From an uncultured Parvibaculum sp. (GTDB lineage Bacteria > Pseudomonadota > Alphaproteobacteria > Parvibaculales > Parvibaculaceae): a DNA stretch of 39,825 nucleotides. Shown here in pieces: positions 9,387 to 18,138 of the stretch (positions within the stretch are counted from its first letter, which is position 1; every line of letters starts with the position of its first letter). The position numbers and the translations under genes were made by a program. The stretch is taken from contig CAZLLB010000001.1 in the NCBI GenBank assembly GCA_964560165.1, positions 1 to 39,825 on the forward strand. The letters run 5' to 3'. The notes beneath the pieces were generated by a model. It was not told the origin of the DNA, made no database searches, and saw only the letters and a program-made list of their open reading frames with translations.

Positions 9387-10484
9387 ATGACGAAGAAGAA
9401 GCATGTTCTGATTGCCGGTGCGTCGGGCCTTGTCGGCTATGCTGCGCTGAAGCATTTCGCGCATCTTCCCGACTATGAAGTCACCGCCGTTTCGCGCCGT
9501 AAGCCGGTTGAGACGTTCGGCGCGAATTTCGTTGCTGCTGATCTTACCGACGCGAAATCCTGCGCCGGGATTTTTGGTTCGCTGAGCGGCGTCACGCATC
9601 TCGTCTATGCAGCGCTCTATGAAAAGCCGGGCTTGATGCAAGGCTGGGTCGAAGACGATCAGATCGCCACCAATGACCTGATGCTGCGCAATCTTTTCGA
9701 GCCGCTGGAGAAGGCGGCGAGCGGCCTGCGCCATGTCGCGTTTCTTCAGGGCACCAAAGCCTATGGCGCGCATGTTCGCGCGCTCGCCGTGCCCGCCCGT
9801 GAAGACCGGGACGAGTTGCGTACGCAGAAGAATTTCTACTGGCAGCAGGAAAACTACATCCGCGAGAAGAGCGCTGGCCGCTCGTGGGCCTGGACGATCT
9901 TTCGTCCGCAAATCATTTTCGGCATGTCACTCGGCAGCGCCATGAACCTGATCCCCGCCATCGGCGTTTATGGCGCGTTGCTGAAAGAGCAGGGCAAGCC
10001 GCTCGCTTTTCCCGGCGGCACCGGCGCGGTGCTTGAGGCGGTTGATAGCGATCTTCTGGCCCGGGCAATCGCCTGGGCGGGGGAGGCGGAGGCAGCCCGC
10101 GATCAGGCTTTCAACGTCACGAATGGCGATGTCTTCGTTTGGCAGAATGTCTGGCCGGCCATAGCTGATGCGCTCGGCATGGAGCCGGGGCCCGCTCAGC
10201 CGCAATCGCTGGGGAGCACCATGCCCGCACGCGCCGCAGATTGGGATCGCCTTCGCACCAAACACAATCTCGCTTCGCCCGGCCTCGACGCCTTTATTGG
10301 TGAGTCCTTTCACTATGCCGATTTCTGCATGGCTTATGGCGTGGAGCGCAGCGTGCCGCCGGCCATCGTTTCGACGGTGAAGATCAGGAGGGCCGGATTT
10401 CACGATGTCATCGACACGGAAGATATGTTCCGAAAATCCTTCCGCGAATTTCAGGATGCGCGGCTCTTACCCCCCAGAGGCTGA
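9387..10484 (+). CDS. Atypical SDR of the PRISE (progesterone 5beta-reductase/iridoid synthase-like) type
   Basis: GASGLVG Rossmann motif, VSRR (NADPH preference), LQGTKAYG, NFYWQQE, WTIFRPQIIFG, AFNVTNGDVFVW, STVKIRRAGF. GGGAGGG RBS. Confidence 0.85.
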   Translation: MTKKKHVLIAGASGLVGYAALKHFAHLPDYEVTAVSRRKPVETFGANFVAADLTDAKSCAGIFGSLSGVTHLVYAALYEKPGLMQGWVEDDQIATNDLMLRNLFEPLEKAASGLRHVAFLQGTKAYGAHVRALAVPAREDRDELRTQKNFYWQQENYIREKSAGRSWAWTIFRPQIIFGMSLGSAMNLIPAIGVYGALLKEQGKPLAFPGGTGAVLEAVDSDLLARAIAWAGEAEAARDQAFNVTNGDVFVWQNVWPAIADALGMEPGPAQPQSLGSTMPARAADWDRLRTKHNLASPGLDAFIGESFHYADFCMAYGVERSVPPAIVSTVKIRRAGFHDVIDTEDMFRKSFREFQDARLLPPRG

Positions 10485-10486
10485 TC

Positions 10487-11296
10487 ATGAGCGAAGTTTC
10501 CTACAATGTGAAAGGCGCGGCGGCGATCATCCGTTTCGAGCGTCCCGACAAGCTCAACGCCTTCACTTATCAAATGCTGAACGATTTCCGTTCCGCCGTG
10601 AAGCGCGCCGAAGCTGACCCCGATGTCTTCGGTATCATTATCACCGGAGCGGGGCGCGCCTTCAGCGCGGGCCTCGACACAGGCGCGTTGACGGCAACGG
10701 CCGCGCAAGGTTCGTCTTCCGGGCGTAATGTCCAGCGTGATGATGGCGAGTTGCCAGCGCTCTTTTCCTATCTGCTTCAGATCGAGAAGCCCGTTATCGC
10801 CGCAGTCAACGGCGTCGCGGCGGGCGGCGGCTTTGTGCTGGCTATGATGTGCGACCTGCGGTTTTGTGCGGAGGAAGCGAGCTTCACCACCGCCTTTTCC
10901 CGCCGTGGCCTCGTTGCGGAACACGGCACCAGCTATCTTCTGCCGCGCCTCATTGGCACTAGTCGCGCTCTCGATCTCCTCTGGAGCGCGCGGCGCATTG
11001 ATGCCGCTGAGGCGCAACGCATCGGCTTTGCCGATCGCATCGTGCCCGGCACTCTACTTATGGAGGTGGCGCTCGCTTATCTCGCCGACCTCGCAACCAA
11101 TGTCTCGGCCCATTCCGTCGCGCAGATGAAAGCCGCGGTTTATCGCCACCTCTCCATGCCGCTGGCCGCCGCCCTCATTGACGCCGACAAGGTCACCTAT
11201 GCCGCGCTTGACCATCCGGACGCGAAAGAAGGCGTTGCCTCTTTTATCGAACGTCGTGCGCCACGCTTCGCCCCTTGGACAGGAGGGAAGAAATGA
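10487..11296 (+). CDS. Enoyl-CoA hydratase/isomerase (crotonase) family, PaaG-like
   Basis: RPDKLNAF, GRAFSAGLD, KPVIAAVNGVAAGGG, EGVASFIERRAPRF. Confidence 0.9.
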   Translation: MSEVSYNVKGAAAIIRFERPDKLNAFTYQMLNDFRSAVKRAEADPDVFGIIITGAGRAFSAGLDTGALTATAAQGSSSGRNVQRDDGELPALFSYLLQIEKPVIAAVNGVAAGGGFVLAMMCDLRFCAEEASFTTAFSRRGLVAEHGTSYLLPRLIGTSRALDLLWSARRIDAAEAQRIGFADRIVPGTLLMEVALAYLADLATNVSAHSVAQMKAAVYRHLSMPLAAALIDADKVTYAALDHPDAKEGVASFIERRAPRFAPWTGGKK

Positions 11297-11483
11297 CGGC
11301 CAAGACTTACAAATCCATCATCTGCGAAAAATTCGGCGGGGTCGTCAGGTCGGCGTTCAGTCGCCCCGAGCATCGCAACGGTATCACGGGCAGCATGACA
11401 CTGGGGCTGGCGCGTCTTCGACGATGCCGCAAGCTCTCCGCGCGTTTCTGGAGAAACGGAAACCGAAGTTCGAGAGTCTCTAA
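11293..11483 (+). pseudogene. Internally deleted crotonase-family gene remnant
   Basis: ATGA overlap with the previous stop and AGGAGGG RBS. One frame gives a crotonase N-terminus (MTAKTYKSIICEKFGGVVRSAFSRPEHRNGITGSM); another gives a crotonase C-terminus (ALRAFLEKRKPKFESL*). The middle is missing. Confidence 0.75.
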
Positions 11484-11485
11484 AT

Positions 11486-11512
11486 CCATCTCCCTTTAGG
11501 AGAGGGGGGAGG
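11486..11512. terminator. Short hairpin between convergent genes (degenerate REP-like, possibly bidirectional terminator)
   Basis: CCATCTCC-CTTTA-GGAGAGGGGGGAGG between stops at 11483 (+) and 11514 (-); resembles the element at 898-928. Confidence 0.4.
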
Positions 11513-11513
11513 A

Positions 11514-12269
11514 CTAAGACACCAAATTCACCGCGATGCCGCAAACATCGAAACTGCCGCCCTTTACAGCCAGCCCCTGCGCCTTTGCCGCCTCCAGCAC
11601 CGGCTTTGCATCGCGCACCGCAATATCGATGGCCACGACACCCGTGCCATCCGCATCAACCGGCGGCACGAATTTGATGGCGCCCTTAGTCAGCCGTATC
11701 ACCCCACCCTCAACCGGCGATTCCAGCAAATCGCCCCAACGTTTGGCCGCCGCTTCGGGGGCGCGATCCTGTATCGTCACCGACGTCAATCCGACGACGT
11801 TCTCCGCCGCTTTGGCGTTGCGCCACTCGCGCCCGGCAGGAGGCCAATCGCCATCCGTCTCAAGATAGTCGGCCACGCCGCCAACGGAATCGATCGACGT
11901 CAGCACACCATTGAAATCGCCCGGATGGAAATGCGTGAAAGTATATTTCTTGTCCTGATGTTCCGCGATCTTGCGTATGCCGAGCTTCTCCATCCGCGCG
12001 CGATGCGTAAGCGCATCCGGCGCTTGCATGATGACCATGTAGCCCGCATCGCCGCCACGCCGTTTCAGATATCGCGCGGCTGAAGCATCGTCGCGCACGG
12101 GTTGCACCACTTCGAGGAACTCGCCGCCGGCTGGAAGCACCGCGTTGACAAGGCCGAAGATCGCCACGCCCGGATCGCGATAAGCGACCTTCAGACCTAG
12201 CACCGCCTCGAGTCGTTGTACGACGGGCTCAAGTTCCCTTGCGACAAGTGCAATCTGTCTGAGACGCAT
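11514..12269 (-). CDS. VOC / glyoxalase-like family protein
   Basis: MRLRQIALVA...GLVNAVLPAGGEFLEVVQP...YLKRRGGDAGYMVI and HFHPGD. GGGAGAAAG RBS. Confidence 0.8.
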   Translation of the reverse strand: MRLRQIALVARELEPVVQRLEAVLGLKVAYRDPGVAIFGLVNAVLPAGGEFLEVVQPVRDDASAARYLKRRGGDAGYMVIMQAPDALTHRARMEKLGIRKIAEHQDKKYTFTHFHPGDFNGVLTSIDSVGGVADYLETDGDWPPAGREWRNAKAAENVVGLTSVTIQDRAPEAAAKRWGDLLESPVEGGVIRLTKGAIKFVPPVDADGTGVVAIDIAVRDAKPVLEAAKAQGLAVKGGSFDVCGIAVNLVS

Positions 12270-12446
12270 TCTTTCCTCCCGTTCAATTTTATTTCCGCCC
12301 TTCCGTCGCGGAAATCAGGGCGGGGGTGATTTGCGTTCTCGCATCATGGATGCGCGCGCCCCAATCGCAAAATTTCGGCTTGCCTCAAGCTGAACGGGTG
12401 GGTCAGGATTAGTAAAATAAAATTACGAATTAGGGGAGTGAGGCCA

Positions 12447-13550
12447 ATGCGCTTCGGTGTGTTCTTCGAGATCAGCATTCCGCGTCCATGGAGTCCGCAA
12501 GTCGAGAGCCAGGTTTACGACAACTGCATCGAGCAGGCCGTGCTTGCCGATGAGCTCGGCTTCCATCACGCCTGGGCGGTAGAGCATCACTTCCTTGAGG
12601 AATATTCTCATTGCTCGGCGCCGGAAATATTTCTTGCCACCGTCGCAGCGAAAACAAAAAACATCCGCGTCGGTCACGGCATCAACGTCTGTGTGCCGGA
12701 GATCAATCATCCGATTCGCATTGCGGAGCGCTCCGCCGTGCTCGATCTGGTTTCGCATGGTCGCCTTGATGTCGGCACGGGCCGCAGCGCTACGTGGACC
12801 GAGCTTGGCGGTTTCCGCGCCAATCCCGACACGACCAAAGCCACATGGGCTGAAATCGTTCGCGCTATTCCGAAAATGTGGACGCAGGAACGCTACGCGC
12901 ATGATGGCATATGCTTTTCGATGCCCGAACGTGCCGTCTTGCCCAAGCCCTATCAGACGCCGCATCCGCCCCTCTGGGTCGCGGTGACGAGCCCTGGCAC
13001 GGAGATCGATGCTGCCGAACACGGCATGGGCGCGCTGGGTCTCACCTTCAACGATTTCCCCGAGCAGGAGCGTCGCGTCAACGCCTACCGCAAGATCATC
13101 AAGACCTGCGAACCGGCAGGCAGCTTCGTCAACGATCAAGTCGCCTCGGTGAATTTTCTCTACTGCCATGAGGACGCCGCCGCCGGCAATGCGACCGGCC
13201 AGCGTTTGATCGGCACCTTCGGTTATCTCGCCTCGCAACTCGTCTCGGCGCGCGAAGTTTATGCGTCGCCCTCTTATGCGAGCTTCGGCCTGCTGCCGCA
13301 GGTGCGACGCGGCTCCAATGTGCCGGGCGATACGCCGCCACTGCCGCCGGGCATGGCTATCGGCGATCCGAAACAGATCATCGCTACCTTGAAACAATGG
13401 GAATCCACCGGCGTCGATTGCGTCAACTTCCTGCTGAACGCGATGGAGACGGTGCCGCAAGCCGAAGTGCTGGCGAGCCTCCGCCTCTTTGCCAAGGAGG
13501 TTATGCCAGCCTTCCAGACCGGTCGTAAACACGCCAGCGTCGCCGAATAA
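12447..13550 (+). CDS. LLM-class (luciferase-like) flavin-dependent oxidoreductase
   Basis: MRFGVF, ADELGFHHAWAVEHHF, HPIRIAERSAVLDLVSHGRLDVGTGR, PKPYQTPHPPLW, SLRLFAKEVMP. Confidence 0.92.
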   Translation: MRFGVFFEISIPRPWSPQVESQVYDNCIEQAVLADELGFHHAWAVEHHFLEEYSHCSAPEIFLATVAAKTKNIRVGHGINVCVPEINHPIRIAERSAVLDLVSHGRLDVGTGRSATWTELGGFRANPDTTKATWAEIVRAIPKMWTQERYAHDGICFSMPERAVLPKPYQTPHPPLWVAVTSPGTEIDAAEHGMGALGLTFNDFPEQERRVNAYRKIIKTCEPAGSFVNDQVASVNFLYCHEDAAAGNATGQRLIGTFGYLASQLVSAREVYASPSYASFGLLPQVRRGSNVPGDTPPLPPGMAIGDPKQIIATLKQWESTGVDCVNFLLNAMETVPQAEVLASLRLFAKEVMPAFQTGRKHASVAE

Positions 13551-13562
13551 GGAAACAGACCC

Positions 13563-14306
13563 ATGCCGATTTTCGGAATGCTCAACATCGACCCGAAGTC
13601 CCACAAGCAGCCACGTGTCAAAGCACTGGCAAAGGAATCCGTCTCTATCGAGAAGGTCGAAACATTGGCCTTCACGTTTGAGGTGCAAGCACAGCCTTCC
13701 TTCGCGCTGGTCCCGCCCGCGTTGCATCCTTCGCTGCCATCCTATTGCTCGCTAAGGCTGCGCAAGCACTATGACAGCCCCTTTGGCGCTTTCACCATTG
13801 CCGAGCTATGCATGAATGCGCGGGCTTCTTCGATCTATACCGGCTATTGCCTCGGCGCCTTCACCGACAATCCCGACGCCGCGCAATGGCTGCGTGATGC
13901 ATATGGCGCACCGGTCGAGGTGGCGGAGTCCGTGTCATTGGTGAAGCGTCACTACGGCATAGAAGGCCGCGTCGAGAAAGACGGCGAAATCCTCCTTGAT
14001 GCGACCCTTGCCATGCCCGGCTATATTTCCGGCAGCGATGTCCTCTACACGCCAAACCTCAACTACGCGGAAGTCGATGGCGCGCTGAAGCTCATTCCCG
14101 GCGAGATCGAATACGCCATAAAGGACGCGAAACGCGGCGAGGCGGTCTTTCGTACCCTGAACCTCGCGGCCTTTGGCGGCGCGGCGGCGATCCCGACAAA
14201 CCACCTGCCTGCAACCTTCACGACATCAAGCCTCACCTACATGGAGGTCCGCTACGTCCTCGACCCGGCAGTCCCAGCCTTCATGGGCGCCACCAAGGTC
14301 GCCTGA
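13563..14306 (+). CDS. Acetoacetate decarboxylase-like fold protein
   Basis: LVPPALHPS and DSPFGAFTIAEL...AR resemble the ADC-family N-terminus; 247 aa; AAGGA RBS 12 nt after the LLM stop. Confidence 0.65.
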   Translation: MPIFGMLNIDPKSHKQPRVKALAKESVSIEKVETLAFTFEVQAQPSFALVPPALHPSLPSYCSLRLRKHYDSPFGAFTIAELCMNARASSIYTGYCLGAFTDNPDAAQWLRDAYGAPVEVAESVSLVKRHYGIEGRVEKDGEILLDATLAMPGYISGSDVLYTPNLNYAEVDGALKLIPGEIEYAIKDAKRGEAVFRTLNLAAFGGAAAIPTNHLPATFTTSSLTYMEVRYVLDPAVPAFMGATKVA

Positions 14307-14412
14307 TACATTTCGGCCCTCCCGTGCACCCCGGACCAATCGCGCGAACCTTCACTATCGCCCCCTTAAGGGAGCGGTGGAGGTTCGGGCAGTGGGCCCT
14401 CGTTCGAGGCGC

Positions 14413-14440
14413 TTGACTGGCCTTAAAATCATCATAAAAC
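14413..14440 (+). promoter_or_regulatory. Putative sigma70 promoter of the sugar operon
   Basis: TTGACT-N16-TAAAAC about 40 nt upstream of rfbF. Confidence 0.4.
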
Positions 14441-14482
14441 AGTAGCTTCTCGCCCGGATTTTACGGACATGAAGAAGGCCAA

Positions 14483-15259
14483 ATGACGAAAGTTGTTATC
14501 CTCGCAGGCGGCCTCGGCACACGTATCTCCGAAGAGAGTCAGCTCCGTCCCAAGCCAATGATCGAGATCGGCGGGCGCCCGATCCTCTGGCACATCATGA
14601 AGATCTATACCCATTATGGTATAACCGACTTCATCATTTGCCTCGGTTATCGTGGCTATATGATCAAGGAATATTTCGCGAACTACGTCCTCCATTCCTC
14701 GGACGTCACCATTGATGCGAAGACCGGCCAGATCGAATTTCATCAACACGCCGCCGAGCCCTGGCGCATCACACTTGTCAATACTGGCGACGACACCATG
14801 ACCGGCGGTCGCGTGAAACGCATACGGGATTATCTCACTCCCGGTGAGACTTTCTGCATGACCTATGGCGACGGCGTCGCCGATATCGAGATCGACAAGC
14901 TTCTGGCTTTCCACAAGGCTCATGGCAAGGAAGCGACGCTTACCAGCGTTGTACCGCCGGGCCGTTATGGCGCGCTTGAAATGCAGGGCGACAGTGTTCA
15001 GCGCTTCATCGAGAAGCCGCCTGGCGACAATGCCTGGATCAATGGCGGCTTCTTCGCTCTCGAGCCTTCCGTCATCGACCGCATCGCTGACGACGCCACA
15101 CCTTTCGAGGCGGCTCCGCTTGCGAGTCTTGCCAAGGACGGGCAGTTGCAAGCCTATCGCCACAGGGGGTTCTGGCAGCCGATGGACACATTGCGCGAGA
15201 AGAACCACCTCGAAGAGCTATGGGCGAGCGGCAGAGCGCCATGGAAGATTTGGGGGTAG
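14483..15259 (+). CDS. rfbF: Glucose-1-phosphate cytidylyltransferase
   Basis: ILAGGLGTRISEE, PKPMIEIGGRPILWHIMK, TMTGGR, TYGDG, FWQPMDTLR, APWKIW. Confidence 0.95.
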   Translation: MTKVVILAGGLGTRISEESQLRPKPMIEIGGRPILWHIMKIYTHYGITDFIICLGYRGYMIKEYFANYVLHSSDVTIDAKTGQIEFHQHAAEPWRITLVNTGDDTMTGGRVKRIRDYLTPGETFCMTYGDGVADIEIDKLLAFHKAHGKEATLTSVVPPGRYGALEMQGDSVQRFIEKPPGDNAWINGGFFALEPSVIDRIADDATPFEAAPLASLAKDGQLQAYRHRGFWQPMDTLREKNHLEELWASGRAPWKIWG

Positions 15260-16362
15260 AGGTGCGGATCGACGGCCTCGATAAAACCTTCTGGCGCGGC
15301 AAGCAGGTTCTTCTGACCGGTCATACCGGGTTCAAGGGATCGTGGGCCACACTATGGTTATCGTCGCTCGGCGCAGAGGTGACGGGCCTCGCACTGACGC
15401 CTGAAACCGAACCCAATCTTTTCGCGCTGGCCTCGGTTCAAAATAATGTCCGTTCCCATATCGTCGATCTTCGCGACCGCGAGGCAGTGAGCGCTACAGT
15501 GCGAGCGGCAGCACCTGAAATCGTTATCCACATGGCGGCGCAACCCATTGTCCGCCGCTCCTATGTCGAACCGGTCGAAAATTTCGCAACGAACATCATG
15601 GGCACGGTGCATCTTCTTGATGCGCTGCGAAGCGTGGATTGTCTGAAGACCGTTCTCGTCGTCACAACCGACAAGGTTTACGAAAACACGGAGCTAGGTG
15701 TCGCTTTTCGAGAGGATGATCCGCTCGGCGGGCACGACCCCTATGCGGCCTCAAAGGCCGCGGCTGAAATCGTCACGTCGAGCTACGCTCGTTCTTTCTT
15801 TGAGGAGAAGGGCGTCCGTGTTGCGACGGCACGCGGCGGCAACGTCATCGGCGGCGGCGATTTCTCGCTGGACCGTATCGTGCCCGATGTCTGGCGCGCG
15901 GTGCGCGCGGGGGAGCCGGTTCTCTTGCGCAATCCGGCTGCGGCGCGCCCCTGGCAACATGTTCTCGATTGTCTCAGCGGCTATTTCTCCTTCGTGCGCG
16001 GCCTTACAGACGGCGCCAAACTGCCGGCAGCGCTCAACTTCGGCCCGCCGCATGATAGTGCGCCGCTCTCCGTCGCCGAATTGGCGGCGGCTGTTCAGGC
16101 TGCCCTTGGTGCAGGCGACAAATGGCGTCCGGCAAAGGATGCCGGGCCGCGTGAAATGATGCAGCTCGAAATCGATTCAAGCCGGGCTCGTGCCGTTCTC
16201 GGCTGGAAAGATCATCTCCCCGGGCATCTGAGCGTCGAGTGGCTTTCCGAGTGGTATCGGGGGCTGAATACGGGTGAGGATATGCGCGCGATAACGCTCT
16301 CCCAGATCGCAGCCTATGAGAAGCTTTACCGCGCGGCGAATGCGCCTCTTGGTGCTTCATGA
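15241..16362 (+). CDS. rfbG: CDP-glucose 4,6-dehydratase
   Basis: FWRGKQVLLTGHTGFKGSW, HMAAQP, TTDKVY, DPYAASK, ARGGNVIGGGD, RPWQHVL. Start uncertain (ATG 15241 or GTG 15261). Confidence 0.93.
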   Translation: MEDLGVEVRIDGLDKTFWRGKQVLLTGHTGFKGSWATLWLSSLGAEVTGLALTPETEPNLFALASVQNNVRSHIVDLRDREAVSATVRAAAPEIVIHMAAQPIVRRSYVEPVENFATNIMGTVHLLDALRSVDCLKTVLVVTTDKVYENTELGVAFREDDPLGGHDPYAASKAAAEIVTSSYARSFFEEKGVRVATARGGNVIGGGDFSLDRIVPDVWRAVRAGEPVLLRNPAAARPWQHVLDCLSGYFSFVRGLTDGAKLPAALNFGPPHDSAPLSVAELAAAVQAALGAGDKWRPAKDAGPREMMQLEIDSSRARAVLGWKDHLPGHLSVEWLSEWYRGLNTGEDMRAITLSQIAAYEKLYRAANAPLGAS

Positions 16363-16913
16363 GCAATCGCTTCGACATTCTGCCGACGCCTTTGGTCGGC
16401 GTCATGCGCCTCGATCGTATCCGCATGGGCGACCAGCGCGGCTGGCTTGAGCGCATGTTTTGTGCCGAGGAATTGAGCGCCGCTGGCTGGACATGGAGCA
16501 TAGCGCAGATCAATCGGACACTGACGCTCAACCGCGGCACGTTGCGCGGTATGCATTTTCAGAGCGCGCCTCACCTGGAGGCAAAGCTTGTGAGTTGCCT
16601 CGCAGGAGAGGTTTTCGATGTCACCGTCGATCTCAGAAAAAACTCCGCGACCTATTTGCAGTGGCATGGCGAGGTCTTGTCTGCCGACAACGCAAGAAGC
16701 CTGCTCATTCCCGAAGGCTTCGCTCATGGCTTCCAGACGCTGAGCGACAAAGTCGAGATGCTCTATTTCCATTCCGCCGCCTATGCGCCACAAGCCGAGG
16801 ACGGTTTGAGGCCAGATGATCCGGCGCTCGCTATCGCCTGGCCGCTCGCCATATCTGAAATGTCAGCGCGGGACCGCGGCCACAAATTGCTGAGCGAGAG
16901 GGCTAAACCGTGA
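16359..16913 (+). CDS. NDP-4-keto-6-deoxyhexose 3,5-epimerase (RmlC/RfbC family cupin)
   Basis: DQRGWLER, GTLRGMHFQ, EAKLV, DVTVDLR, IPEGFAHGFQTL. Confidence 0.92.
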   Translation: MSNRFDILPTPLVGVMRLDRIRMGDQRGWLERMFCAEELSAAGWTWSIAQINRTLTLNRGTLRGMHFQSAPHLEAKLVSCLAGEVFDVTVDLRKNSATYLQWHGEVLSADNARSLLIPEGFAHGFQTLSDKVEMLYFHSAAYAPQAEDGLRPDDPALAIAWPLAISEMSARDRGHKLLSERAKP

Positions 16914-18136
16914 AGTGTCGCCATTGCGGAACCCTGCTCCGGCATTCTTTCGTCGATCTCGGCGCGGCTCCCCCGTCGAATGCATATCTGACCGCGGATG
17001 CCCTCAACGGACCCGAGACCTGGTATCCTCTGCGCGTTCTCGTCTGCACCTCATGCTGGCTGGTACAGACCGAAGATCATGCGGGCCGGGAGGATCTCTT
17101 CGCCCATGACTATGCCTATTTCAGTTCCACATCGACCGGATGGCTTGCTCATGCCAGCTCATATGTGGATGCGATGGCAAAGCGTTTTACGTTGAACACA
17201 AAAAGCATGGTTGTCGAGGTGGCCGCGAATGACGGCTACCTTCTTCAATATGTGAAGGCGCGAGACATTCCCTGTTATGGCGTTGAGCCGACGACGAGCA
17301 CCGCCGACGCTGCGCGCGCCAAGGGCATCGAGATTATCGAGCGTTTCTTCGGTGTGGAACTGGCGCGAGAACTGGTTGCAGAAGGCAGGCAAGCCGATCT
17401 GACGGCGGCCAACAACGTGCTCGCGCATGTGCCCGACATAAACGATTTCGTCCAAGGCTTCGCCACGCTCCTGAAGCCTGCAGGCGTTTCGACATTCGAG
17501 TTTCCCCACTTGCTGCAACTCGTGAACGATTGCCAGTTCGATACGATTTATCACGAGCATTATTCCTATCTCTCGCTGACGGCGGTCGAACGCATATTCA
17601 AAGCCAATGGCCTTGACGTTTTCGATGTCGAGGAACTTCCCACGCACGGTGGTAGCTTGCGCGTATATGCACAGAAGCAGGGTGGGCCTCACGATTTATC
17701 ATCTCGCGTCACGGCAATGCTTGCGCGTGAAAATTCGGCGGACATGACTGACATTGCTTTCTATGAGGGCTTTCAGGTGAGAGCTGAAAAAGTGAAAGAC
17801 GATTTCGTCGCCTTCCTCATCGAGGCCAAGCGCCAAGGTCTGAAGGTCGGTGCCTATGGTGCTGCCGCGAAGGGCAACACGCTGATGAACTTCGGCGGCG
17901 TCCGACCCGATCTCCTGCCTTATGTCGTGGATCGCGCTGAGGCGAAGCAAGGCAAATATATGCCAGGTAGCCGTATCCCCATCGTTGGTGAGGCGCATCT
18001 CCGTGCCGACCGCCCAGACCGCATCGTCATTCTGCCCTGGAACATAAAAGGCGAGGTGATTGCGCAACTCGCCTATGCGAAAGAATGGCGGGCCCGTTTC
18101 GTGACCGCCGTTCCTCGCCTTGAGGAGATTGGCTGA
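16910..18136 (+). CDS. SAM-dependent NDP-sugar C-methyltransferase
   Basis: Zn-binding CRHC...CTSC, EVAANDGYLL, NNVLAHV, DTIYHEH, THGGSLR and YGAAAKG, as in the TcaB9/KijD1/NovU-type family. Confidence 0.9.
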   Translation: MKCRHCGTLLRHSFVDLGAAPPSNAYLTADALNGPETWYPLRVLVCTSCWLVQTEDHAGREDLFAHDYAYFSSTSTGWLAHASSYVDAMAKRFTLNTKSMVVEVAANDGYLLQYVKARDIPCYGVEPTTSTADAARAKGIEIIERFFGVELARELVAEGRQADLTAANNVLAHVPDINDFVQGFATLLKPAGVSTFEFPHLLQLVNDCQFDTIYHEHYSYLSLTAVERIFKANGLDVFDVEELPTHGGSLRVYAQKQGGPHDLSSRVTAMLARENSADMTDIAFYEGFQVRAEKVKDDFVAFLIEAKRQGLKVGAYGAAAKGNTLMNFGGVRPDLLPYVVDRAEAKQGKYMPGSRIPIVGEAHLRADRPDRIVILPWNIKGEVIAQLAYAKEWRARFVTAVPRLEEIG

Positions 18137-18138
18137 GC

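Noticed and set aside
11275-11499. 74-aa ORF as a genuine small protein
   Set aside because: Better explained as the frameshifted read-through of a deleted crotonase gene.
12423-13727. 434-aa antisense ORF (similar cases at 21652-22908, 26678-27931, 29166-30302, 32330-33295)
   Set aside because: Fully overlaps well-supported genes on the other strand and shows no family motifs.
14368-14400. G-rich sequence upstream of rfbF as an ops/JUMPstart element
   Set aside because: Does not match the GGCGGTAG core.
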